Origin: Phoronis australis
Taxonomy: Eukaryota > Animalia > Phoronida
Reading direction: 5' to 3'
Length of the DNA stretch: 64,000 nt
NCBI GenBank assembly: GCA_002633005.1
Contig: NMRA01000083.1
Location: forward strand, 959,161 to 1,023,160
This document shows positions 15,001 to 27,491 of the stretch, in pieces. The translations under genes and the position numbers were made by a program. The notes under the pieces were generated by a model. The model saw nothing but the letters and a program-made list of their open reading frames with translations. It was not told the DNA's origin and did not search any database. The stretch's first letter is position 1. Each line of letters begins with the position of its first letter.

Positions 15001-17903
15001 TCCCTCGATTTTGGGGCCAAGTATCGACACTATTCCCCCCTAAAAAATATTGAAAATCCCCCGAAATTCTCTCCACGAGGCCTAAAAAATCCCCTAGTGA
15101 TTGAAAAGATCTCTCCGAAGTTCAAATCACCTGTAACCACACACGTGGCAATTTGAAAGAGCACAAAATGCTACTTGAGACAGAGCCTATTAGAGCTTGT
15201 AACAGGGCGGGGGTGCTATTGATGATGATCGAGATCGAGGTAGATTTTTCCCCTCAATCGGCGAAAAAATTCCCCTATCCGAAGGCACAGGCACCTTTAC
15301 CCTTGGATGAACGAGGCCCCTAAAGAAACATGATAGCTATGCTTGCTCTGTCCAATCAGTTAACTGAAATTGAGCTCTAAAACGAGGTTTTTGCTTTGGA
15401 CGACCGAATTAGGTGTTTTAATTTTCAAATTCAACTTGGTTCAGATTGATATTTGAAACCTAACACATGAAATTGAAGTAAGAATTATTAAAACCAAGAA
15501 AGCAGAATTGATGGTCGAATAATTACTTGTGAATGTGTGCAAGGGAATGAATGATAACATGGATATAATGTGAAAGCAATTTTTGGGGCTGTGCTCGTTT
15601 TTATTTTTTTTTCAAAATTTGAAAACTGTCAAGTAATTTTTATTTTCAATTACGAGCTTGTTTTTTTAATACCGATCCATAACACTACGATCGCCGCAGT
15701 TTGGTCATATTTACTTTTCATGTTTCGAACCTAGTTTTCCGAAAAAAAAATTAAACTCTTTTGTCAGACAACTCTTTGGTGCAATGACCGCAGCGTGAAT
15801 AAGATCTATGGGCCCACTTGAACGGCCTGCGTACGTCTGATACAACGTGTACCAGAACGCCTGCACTTATTTGTAAGCCAACTTAGTGAACCTGGCTTAA
15901 AGTAATATCGGTCACTTCTCTCATGCACACGTGTCATTTTATTTAACTGAATAAGGACCAATTTGATATCAATTTACAACGGAAAGTTTTCTATAGAAAC
16001 CGGGTCTGTAGCTGCTAAAAAGTTTTGTAATTGCTCTTTAGGGCAGAGATATCTCGACGCATCAGCAATGGGTGACGTCAATGAAGATCTGGACATCAGC
16101 CGACGGACTAACGTTTAGCTGTATTACGTCTCTTACAACTGCTGACTGTGAAATAGTAAGTACAACGTTTTGCTTCTTTAAAAGGAAAATAAGCAATGTT
16201 AACCAAAGGTAAGTTTATTGGCTGCTTGATTCCTTGTCAACTTCATTGACTGGTTGGTTGATGGATTTCAAATAGTAAAACGTTTAAGAATTTGTGTTGA
16301 AATTAAAACGACACTATTAGTCAGCCGGTCAAAATCAACAATTTTAGGTTTGATGACAAAGTCATGTTAGAAGCAAGTAACCATGCTCAAATAACTTTTA
16401 GTAGCCCTCCATTAAAGACTAAGGAGGATGCCAGGCTGAAATATGCACAGTTGCCGTGATAACCAGGTATTTTGACACCTGAAATCAGCAATTTCAGGTT
16501 CAATTAAAAAGTTGACCAGGCCACCTTCTTCAGCTGTGCCTCATCTTGCGCCTCTGTACCATTCCTGAGACTGGGCACCAGCATTGCTGGGAGGTTCTGG
16601 TCTGCTCTGCAATCTAGGTGCAGAATCAAGATCATGTAACTTTTTCAAAGTTCTGGTGTCAAAAGCTTTCTCTCTAATAATTACACTCTCATCAAACTGA
16701 ACCCTTTGACAAGGGCTCCTTTGCTACAGCATCATTTGCGTGAACTGGAATGTATTTTTCCCATCAACCGTTTCCTCTAATACATCCAAAGATATCTTTG
16801 ATACATCAATGTTGTCGACTGATCTTACCAGGCAAATATGGTTGTATACCATCAGGTATGTAGATACAGTTGTTCTGTTCATATCTCTTCATTATTTCAG
16901 TAGCAGTCGAAGTGTATTTTCGTATTATGGTGTCCATACCAATTTTGTGACCTGCAGTTGAAAACAAATCTACTAGTTTTTCTTATCTCGTAGCTTGATG
17001 TAGAGTAAGGCCAAGACCAATATGGTTTGGTGTCAACTTCCGTCTTTAGTGTTAGGCAATGTTTGTAATCTTTCTATGTTGAGAGATGTTGGCTGCCTCA
17101 TCAACACAGTCCAAAACATCTGTTCCTCCGAGCAGTATTGATAGGAAAACATAAACACTGTCAGGTATTATGTTTGGGACGTGTTCCATGTCAATACCAT
17201 TCCATCCACTGTGGCCTGTTATTTCTAATCGGTCATTCCGTAATTTCAGAGCGGTTTATGCAATGTCCAGCACATCATTGTTTTGAACCGAGTCAAATCT
17301 TGTATCACCATTTTCATCACTTGCATTCATTGAGGCTAGTGAAGACGCAATAGTGTGCTCACGATATTTTGGAGGATAAAGTAATAGATGTCCCTTTGGG
17401 TCAATATTCCGTACAAAGCTTGCTTTGTCACCAAGAGACTTTTTGATATCATCATAGGAACCAGTTCGGCGAGTTACATACTTCTTAGGATACTGAATGC
17501 CATGCTTTGATGTCAACTGTTCATAAATATTCCAAATGACTTTCATGTCATACGCATGTCCTTGATTCAGCCCTGATCTAATTTCATCACGTATGTAGTT
17601 AAAGCAAATATCCATGTTCATACTTCGGTCTTCACCACACTTTTCATCTTTTCTGTGGAAGCTGACGTAACTTGCACTCAGCCGCAACAAGGTCATTGAC
17701 ATTAGCTAGCCTGACTCGCATCACAAAAACTGTTTCTGGGAATGTCAGAATGTTCTTAGATGTTTCCAAAATACATACATTGTGCAAAGAACAGGTGATG
17801 TCACTTTTGTGACAAAACATGCAGTGGTCCCAATCAACTGAAAAACAGGCCATTCTTCTACGTGACGAATGAGGCTGCACCTCTGGTGGGAGAGAAGCTG
17901 GTG

Positions 17904-17970
<67 letters not shown>

Positions 17971-20900
17971 ATGCTGCTGCTGCTGACGATGTTTTGTGAA
18001 GTCTCTTGATCTTCCCTTAATCCGTAAACGCTCCACAGCAGGCATGGTGCCACTTTACTTCTACACTTTGTTGATACACTGATATTACTCTTGATCATTC
18101 CTCATGCTGAATGTTACTGGCAAGCTGTTGCTCGTGGACAGCCTCCACGACTCGAGATATACCTGCGTTTGCGCATGCTCTCTCCACATTTTTGCTTTTT
18201 TGCTAACACGGCAACAGAAGGTACCGTGATAGTTGTTTCTTTTACCATCCATTGCTGCTTTTGCAGTCACAATGAATACAATGAGGGGGGACTATCTGAG
18301 CCTAAGGAAGCAAAGAGAAAGAAAGAAAAAAATAAGCAAACGCAAAGGCAAGAAATTCAGTGAGCAACAGTGAAGTGTAAGACTTGCAAAGGCCATAGCC
18401 ATGTTAAGAGTTTCGGGACAACATTCAGTAAATTAGCATTTTCATTGCAGACCCGGTAATGGGGGACGTTTTGGGACAAAAAGATTGATTACCCATCATT
18501 TTTATTGAAAGTGTTCAGTTACAGTGCTAAATTCGCATTACATGCTTTAAATCAAACTGAAACAATGGCTAGGATGTCTAATAACTTCATTGTCATAGAA
18601 TTTGAGTAGGATTAGTGGTGGTGGTGGTGGTCGTCGTCGTCGTCACTTTATTCACGTTAAGACAAAAAATACTATTAATACAAATTTACGCTTTTGGAGA
18701 CTTCGTGAAGGACCTGAAGGGTCCGCTGACCACGGAACCACCAGAGAATAAAAAAGACAGGTTTACAGATAATCAGAATTACAAAACTAGGTGATAGTGT
18801 AATTTAAAATTACTTGACTAGGAGAGATTATCGAAAATAGTTACACACAAAGCAGTTGGGAATAGTGCACTCAAACTCATAACTTTCAAAACAAACGTTT
18901 TTAAAATAATTTATAACAGAGGATAACGAACGGGTAAAATTTTTTGGGAAACACTTTCAGGAAGGTTATTAATGATATGAGGTAGGGCATTGCGAACTGA
19001 ATCTTCAGCAAATGATTTAGTACAACGAGGCAAGCGCGCACCCAGGGGGGAGGGGGGAGGGGGCTCGAACGAGCCCCCCATTTGGCGAAGTGGGCAAAAA
19101 GGTCCGCCTGAGAGAAACAAAAGGTCCGAGAAAATGAGACAAAAGTCCACTAAACAAGCACAAACGCGCAATTCACAGTGGTGCGACCGTTTTTTTTTCT
19201 TTTTTAGTCCGCCGGCTATTTTGTTACCAAAAGGTCCACAACGCTAGGAATTCGAGCCCTCCATATTGAAGGCTGGGTGCGCGCATGCGAGGAGTTTGTG
19301 GAAGATATCGGTTCATGAACAGACCCATGGGTTATAAAATTGAACGTGTTAAAAATGAAGGTAATTATGAACATAGTTGTAGAAAAATTTAATTATAGCA
19401 ACAACATGCAAGTCCTTTATTTTGAGTATCTGTGTAGTCTAAAAGAAAGGATCTGTTTGGGCATTAAAATAGCTAGAGGTAATTGTGCGAATAACCTTTA
19501 TCTGTAATTTGAATAGTCAATGATGTTGACACCCCCATAGCAGAATGCCATAATTAAAATGAGGAGGAACAAAACCATTATGTACAGTTTTCAAAGTTTC
19601 AAAGGGCAAGAAACGTTTAATGTTATTAGGAACACCGCAGAATCTTTCTCAACACATTGTTTATGTGTGGAGTCATAACAGGTTTTCGTTGATGGTAACA
19701 CCAAGTAAATTGAATGGACGAACTCTTTCAATTTCCAAGTTATTAAACTTTAAATAAAAATCATCAATACATTTTAGGTGTTTATGAAAAACCATGTATT
19801 TTGTTTTAGTTGCATATCAAACCAGTCCATTTACATTTAAGCAAGACTGAATTTTCTTCAGCTCCCCACAAAGCCTATATGTCTCATTAACAGACAACGT
19901 GCTATTAATAACATTAGTAATAGTAGTATCATCAGCATAACGTATGCAGTCAGAGAAGCTCGTGCACTTCACAAAATCATTCATATAAATGATGAATAAT
20001 AACAGACCCGGTATAGACCCCTGTGAGACACCTCGCAGAATTGGAACTGTGTTGGATTTTGTGTTATTAATTTGAACATACTGAGCCCGATTAGATAGTT
20101 TCTCAAGAAACTTAAAGACTGTGAGTTACTACGTTAGCAAAGCTCTATGCTTACATAAGATTTCAATGAATAAATTTTCACGAAGAGAATAAAGATGTTG
20201 TCAATAGACGTAAAGTTGTTTGTGATCACAGAGTTGTTTCCTTCCTGCAAATTAGTCACCTGCACACCGGTTAAAAGGACCACAAGTATGTTACCCAGTC
20301 AATGTCTCAAAGTATCCCCCAGACATACAGTCCAATTTTGGTCATCTAATTTGTGCTCTTGAGCCGTATCGAAAAACGTTGGGTTGTTTTGAAAACCTCC
20401 GTTTGTGAAGACTCTGGAGCATGAACTCAGTGTTGAAGAACAAGAGGCATGCAGTCTACATTAATAACAAGTTGGCTACACTGAGTTTAATCACATTATC
20501 GGCACGAGACATAGTCTACTAAAGTTGGCGGCAAATGTTGAAAATGTTATACAATTTATTTGTGGAACGCCGTTTGTTTTTGAAAAGTGGTCGCGAACTT
20601 TTGGGAAATTTTATCTAAAATGGACTCTAAAAAATGTTCTTTTACGTTGGAGCGTGAATGGACTTCACGAAGTACATATATGACGGTTACCTCAAGCAAC
20701 AGTTTGTGTGAAAATCACTTTATCTTTTGTAGTTCACGGGAAACACTGACCGAAATACTATTGTGTTCCAACCATTCCGTGAGCCTCAGTTGGCAAGGTA
20801 CATTCGAGTTCAACCAGTCACATACTCTGGCTATAGGTCTATGAGACTAGAGGTTTATGGCCATAAAGGTAAATCTTTAATGTTCTCCATTTTTATATTC

Positions 20901-23900
20901 TTTGAAGTTGCTTGCATACTTGCCGTAATTTCGTCATCCGCCACAAATTTGATCGCAGTTAATAACTCAACTTGCAATTTTATAGATGATTCACCAGAGT
21001 CTTCTTCCCTGGGCCTACAAGACGGAAGGATACCTTACTCGCAAACCATGACGACCTCTCAACATGGCGACTGTGTTTTGTCGTACCTGCCACTTAACTC
21101 AGGCCGAGCTTTGTGTTTTGCTTCGTCTTCTGTTTCAACTGACTATGTTCAAGTGGACCTTGGTACGCTGATGGTGGTCACTAAGACTGGTACACAGGTA
21201 ATATACGTGTACCATTTATATGACAAAACGAGATTTGATACAACCCCAAGGCTTGCCAGTCATTAAAGACGCATATTTTTACTCGGTATTTCGATTTCGT
21301 TAGCTAGCGCTTTCTTCGCCAAGCTTTGATAGAAGTTCAGAATTTCCTAAACTTACGGTTATCACAAAACACGTTTTTCAGAGCTTCGAGTTGAACTCTG
21401 TATCTGGGTCAAATTTCTAAAGCAAATTTATAGTGTTAATAGTAGACCATATAATATACTATATTTTTAAAATTTTTGATTACCTCAGAATGGTATCATG
21501 TGCACGAAAGCAATGCCCAGAGGTTCGTAATCACGTGATTGCGTTTTTCTCAAAAATTGTAATTTTGTCATGAAATTCGCCGTATTGTCCACTAACATGA
21601 TCTTTTTCACATGAAACTTGCAAGATCTATTTCTTTACTGATTTTGCTACATGTCTGGTACTTTTTAATGATTTTTAGTCCGAGAGTTCGGCTGTCAAAA
21701 ATCCAGGCTTCCATTATTTAAAAGAATGTTGATTTCTTCATTTTTGACAGCAGAATTCTCAGTTTAAAAGATTTTTTGCACCTAGCAGAACAAAGAAACA
21801 GAATTTGCTGATTTCGTGCGAGAAAACCAAGGTTTGTGAAAATTGCAGTGATCTCCGGTGAAAATCGAGATTTTTTAGAAAAAATCAGCCTCATGGTTTA
21901 AAAATTCTGAAAGTACTTTTGTGCATTTACGATTATGTTAGTATTTTAAAAATGTATAGTTTTATGGGTCTATACAATTAGCAATTAAAACGATATTTAA
22001 GAAATTTCATCCTTGATAACGACACTAGCGAGTTTGCTGATTCAGTGTTTATGCACTATTTTGTGTACTCCATCTGTCAATGTTTTTGTGTTTGTGATGA
22101 GAGACAAAAATTCATTGTCTAAATAAACTGCGACGTGTTTCCATTCTTGTTTTTAAAAATATTTAGAATTAGTTCATGTATATCCGCGATGTTGTTGAAA
22201 ATGTTAAGCGAACTCTGAAACATATTGGCAAAATTGGTCTTTTAAATTCACACAGGGTAGGGGAAATGCCGGTCAATGGGTAACAGCAATGGAGATCCTT
22301 GTTTCCCGTGATGGAACCAACTTTGAATGCCTTAAGACAAACGGGGCAAGAACTTGTAAATCCGTAAGTACATGCTAATCAGCACCACACTAAGCTCATC
22401 TGGAGTGACACGAGTGCCACCGCCAGAAAGTAGACTCGTAAATTGCATTGTTTTTTCGTGCCAAATTTACGTGCCTAAGACAATTTATCCAGGCACGTTT
22501 ACCAACTCATTGTTTTTCCTCAATAGCTGAATAGCAAAGCGTTTCTTCCATGTAAGGTACCCAAAGATGCACGTGCTCTCTATTAGAAAAAACAATATTT
22601 CATGCATAACTAAATTTGCGACATGTTTGCATTTCTGAGTGGTGAAACGCATGTTCCAAGTCAAGTTGTCTATTTAGCTGCTGCCAAGCAAATAACACTA
22701 ATTAAGTACTACAATCAGCCTTTGCTGAAATGTACAATAAAGTGTTTTAGTAAAACTGTGATATCTTGAATTCTCATCCTCCATCCGGCTTGCTGGATAC
22801 AACTGATGGTATTTATAAAGATTCTATTACTACCTGTAACAACAGTCGTTTCTTCAGGAAGATCTTTTCCAAACATCTCATGCCACTTAGGGTGTTGGAC
22901 GTCGTGTTTGTTGGTTGTGTTAAGTTCAAACAGCCAAAAAATGTTTATGTCGTAAAGTGGCTACACTTGATTGACTTGGCCGGCTCCGTCGGGTAAACCA
23001 GCTGAGATATCTTATTGGTCTGTAAACCGGAAATATTCACCACCGAGAAACAATCAAATGTCTTAAATGGTTGTCCCGACGAAACCCGCGAAATCAGTTG
23101 AGTGCAGCCATTGTGGTCCCATTTATTTGTTTATTTTGTTTCATCCTCTGTTTACTGAAGTGAACGGCTGGCAATTTTCAACTGTCAATAAAGGTAGTAA
23201 AAATCTTTTCATGTTGCTTTTTGTTTGGGAGTAGTTTTCACTGGATGTAATGCGTTACCATCATTTTAAAAAATATAGGTTATTATTAGCGTAATACAAA
23301 TCTGTTGTTGATTTAGCCCACAAATTCGCTTTATCGCCTAATTTTCATTAATCTGTTTAAATATAAATAGGGCGCTAAGTAACACAAAGAACCTTCATAA
23401 ATAGTGTCGCTATCGACGATTGTATGCATAACTTTTTCTGACAGTTTGCAGGGAATTCGAACCAAAATACGGTGGTCTATCAAGTGTTTGATGCTCCACA
23501 GTTAGTGAGGAAGATCAGAATCAAGCCAACTGCCTATTACAGTCACAAGTCGTTGAGACTGGAGCTTTACGGATACAATAACTTTAGTAAGTAACTCTTG
23601 GATGATTAGCACAGGTTGCAATTGCATGGCAACTTGTGGTCCTAGCAGGCAAATTGGTCTTTCAGTATATATTATACACCTTTCAACTTTCAGGGAGTTT
23701 TTCCAACTTTTTCGATAATTCTCGCCATTGTCTGCTAGACATTCGCTGAAATCAAAGCACGTAACTTTATCATTTGCTGAAATCAATGTCCGTGTCTTAA
23801 AATACTCTAACAATAATGTAATCATAGTATAATTTGGCTCAAGCGTTAGTACTGGGTTCGACTCACTTTATTAGATATAAACGAGTTAATATTAAAGCAA

Positions 23901-26900
23901 GTGATAGTTTCCAACAATACAATTATGTACATAAATTTTCGACCTGTAATTTCAGAGACATTCATATTTCAGGTATCTTACGGCAACTCCCTACAGGTGC
24001 CGCAAATGTTACATTGGTAGAGGCGTGAAAAACGTATGAGCGACCAATTGAAAATCGTTTAAAGCATTTATGAATTTGACATTAGCATCTAAACGATTCT
24101 ATACTTTAACACCTTATTAGCAAAGTGAATTATAACCATTATGATTGGGCTTTTGAGACTTTTCACTGTTTGATATGCCGCAGCTGAACCATGCTTAAAA
24201 ACAATAATTGAAGCGCGCTTTGATATGCATTGACTATTTTCGATTGTGAAACTGCGTCTTTGATTTTGACGCGAAACAGGACGTTGTCTCGAAGGCTTTT
24301 ATTTACTGTGAACCTCAAAAGTTAATCGTTCATCTAGCAACACTTTTTGCCAGAGCAGGCAACACGAATACATTGGTGTCAAAAAAGACTGAAACGAGTG
24401 CCCCCCCTGTGTCATGAAAAGGAATGTTGAGAGGAGAATGAGGGGTTTTGGTGCTTCAGTTGACTGAAAGCAAACTAACGCTTACACCGTTTTGTGAACT
24501 ATATTCTTATCAAAAGGCTATAATATCCAAATTGAGCCCATAGCCTCTGCCAACAAAATCTTCGTTTCATTTTCAGTGGCTCCGTTACTGTCTAACAAAG
24601 CCTTCTTTGATGGCGGCACTTCCTTTGCCGCGGGTTACGACATCAACTTCAAGCGAGACTGGTCGTTCTCTCTCTTCTTTAAGACAACTACAGAAGCTGT
24701 CGGTTTTTTTGGACGACAGAAAGCAATTGGTAAGTTTTGGTGATCAACAGTTTGTAACAGCTTATGGACGATTGTTTGAAACAATTGCACGTTCTCCAAC
24801 CAATACAAACTCTCTTTTTCTGAGGGACATAGCCACACTGGTATGGCTCCGGCAGGGTCAGCCATTGGTCGTGTTGGTGCAATACATGGCTACACAGATA
24901 ACACATTTTGGAATAGTAAATTTCACATGAAAGACGTGTTTTGTGGCGGTTTGGAACAGCAAAGTTTCTATCTATGGACTCAGTGAGGTCAAATTTCGGA
25001 TTATCTGTGTGTATGCCTACACCTAAACGGTAAGTGAGGGTATACGGGAGACATGGCGCTCATATGGAGGGGAAAGGGGAAGTTATTTAAAGTATTAGTT
25101 CATTTGACGTCTAATTTCATTTGTGTTTTCAAGAGTCCTTTTGGTCGATCTTCCAAGTAATAGATGCTCCATAAGTTGTTTCGATTCAAAGAGCTTTTTA
25201 AGCCAATAGTTTAAGACGTGCTTTGCCTTGTGGGAAAAAATCGACAAGGTGGCAAGCAGTTGACAAATTGTATTTTTGTAATTTAAAACTAAAAGAAAGT
25301 GCTTTGATGTCAACAGAAATTAAAAATCTTTACAAACAAACCCTTGAAATATCTTTTGAGCAGGTTCATTTCTGTCTCATTGGCAGAGAACCACTTTCAA
25401 TGTGGCAATTTAATGTGTTTATCGCATTCCAGACCCCTTTAAGTGACAATTTAAGTGTAAAATGTGTTTTGACGAGGCGAAAACCTCTCATTCGGTGAGG
25501 GAATTTGGCCAACCGCCAGTTTATAAATATACGGGACGAAATTAATACATACTCTTTGGGGAGTGTTATAGCACCGTGTTGCTGTCTTTATAAACTTTCT
25601 TATTTGGAAAGTCACGTGAGTTGACTAGCCGGATAGGTATCGCATAAGTGCTGTGCGAATCCTACGAGCGTAGCATACATGTACGCCTACAGTGAAATTT
25701 GTTGCGGACAAATCAGCCCGACGTTTGTAAGACTAGGCCAATGCAACAAGCATTTACCTACTTTCAGGACTGCCCTATAATCTTGGATGAATGTTGTTTT
25801 TATCTCTCATGTGAGATACACGAGATCTCACATCAGTAGTTCATTAATGCTTAAATGTAGGTGTGTTATATCCATTTGGTGTAAAAATAACATCCGGATT
25901 CATGTGCGAGCATGTTGCAGCAACGAATCCAATAACGGATAACCATATGAGTGTATTTCCGCCTGAACACGTGAAAAGGTCACGCGCGCAAGAGTACATG
26001 GTGGTGGCATTCAGTGCGTTCGCCAAACAAAACAGCGCAATCAAAAAGAGATATTAGTGTGAATTGTTGGGTTGGTAGCTAGTGTGCAAATCACCCGAAT
26101 GTTTCCAAATCATGTTTTGTTCTAATTTTGTAGGTCTACATTCGAACGGTCTTGTCGTTTCTTTCTTTTCAGGAAACTACGGATCCAAAGGGAAGAGGTT
26201 TGGGCTTGCAAATGGAAAACTGTATCTTGGCATTTACAGTGTACAAGCCATATGTAGGTATTTTTCAGTAAATAGAATTTAACTGATTGTAATTCCTTTT
26301 CACAGGGAGACTCCCCAGTATAGTCTCCAAGATTTAAGCTTAATACATATAAAACGTTTCCAACTACTTAGTGTAGTGTGTTCAAGTTTAAGCAAAGAAT
26401 GTTTCAATCAACATTTTCCATTCTAGTGGGGACCACCTATTTAGCCGACGGTCAGTGGCACCACCTCGCGTTCACATTTGACTCAACTACCAACAGGTGA
26501 GACGAACAAAAACATTTTCTGCAAGGTGGGATATGTGTGAGATACTAATACATGTATTTTAGAATTAGATTCACTTCCAGTCGGCAGGAATCTGCCAATG
26601 GCAAAATAAGTTTACTATACTGTGGTCGTGTTATAAATAATGAGCATTTCTTGAATTGTGGTACAAATGTTAAAACGATAATAAATTTTCGGTTTGTCTA
26701 CTTTTCATTCCAGAATCTCCTTCTATATTGATGGGCGAGTTGAGCCCAACAACCAGGGGACTCCTAGCGGCATGTCTGACGACGACGCCTCCCACACTGT
26801 CTTTGTTGGTAAGTCACCGGATATATTGGCATAGTTCTCGATGACGATTATTTTTACTGGCATGTTAAAATTGCGTCACGTCTTATGCATTTTGGAAATA

Positions 26901-27453
26901 TCGAATTTCGGACAAAACAGGGACCTTATATTCGGTCTTCATAAAAAGATCATTGCATATGAAGATGAACAGATAATAGTTATAAAAATATAAATATTGT
27001 CGTAACATACAAGCAAACGAGGCTGGGGCCCGTTCCACGAAAACTGACTCAGATAAGACAAATCTTAAATTTCAGTCAATTTTAATATAAAATTTTGTCA
27101 CAAGATCATTTCAAGAAAGATTTTGACTGTCTTACCGGATGTTTAAGTTTCAAAGTTTGGAAGTTGAGACAAATCTTAGACGTAAGTAAAAAATGAACTT
27201 AAGTAAGTTTCTGGGAACAGGCCCCAGATCTATAACTTCAGTATGCTGCTGCTGCTATTGTTGTTATTGTTATTCTTGCTCCAGTTATTTTTATTGTTGT
27301 TGTCGTTGTTGCTATCGTCATCTTTGTTGTTGTTGTTGTTGTTGTTGTTGTTTTTGTTATTGTTGTTACAATTATTAATATTGTTGTTGCTGTCGTTGCT
27401 GTTGCTGCGGCTGCTGCTGCTGCTACTGCTGATGACGATGATGATGATGATGT

Positions 27454-27491
<38 letters not shown>

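Noticed and set aside
16318-20135. Paired termini for the Academ-like relic (TAGTCAG at 16318 and GTTACTA near 20131)
   Set aside because: Only the terminal few bases match and no TSD is visible, so the boundaries are left approximate.
23973-24028. Possible alternative terminal exon for gene 1 (phase 1, SILRQLPTGAANVTLVEA-stop)
   Set aside because: Supported only by an AG and a short frame, with no domain similarity; it would also delete the last three propeller repeats.
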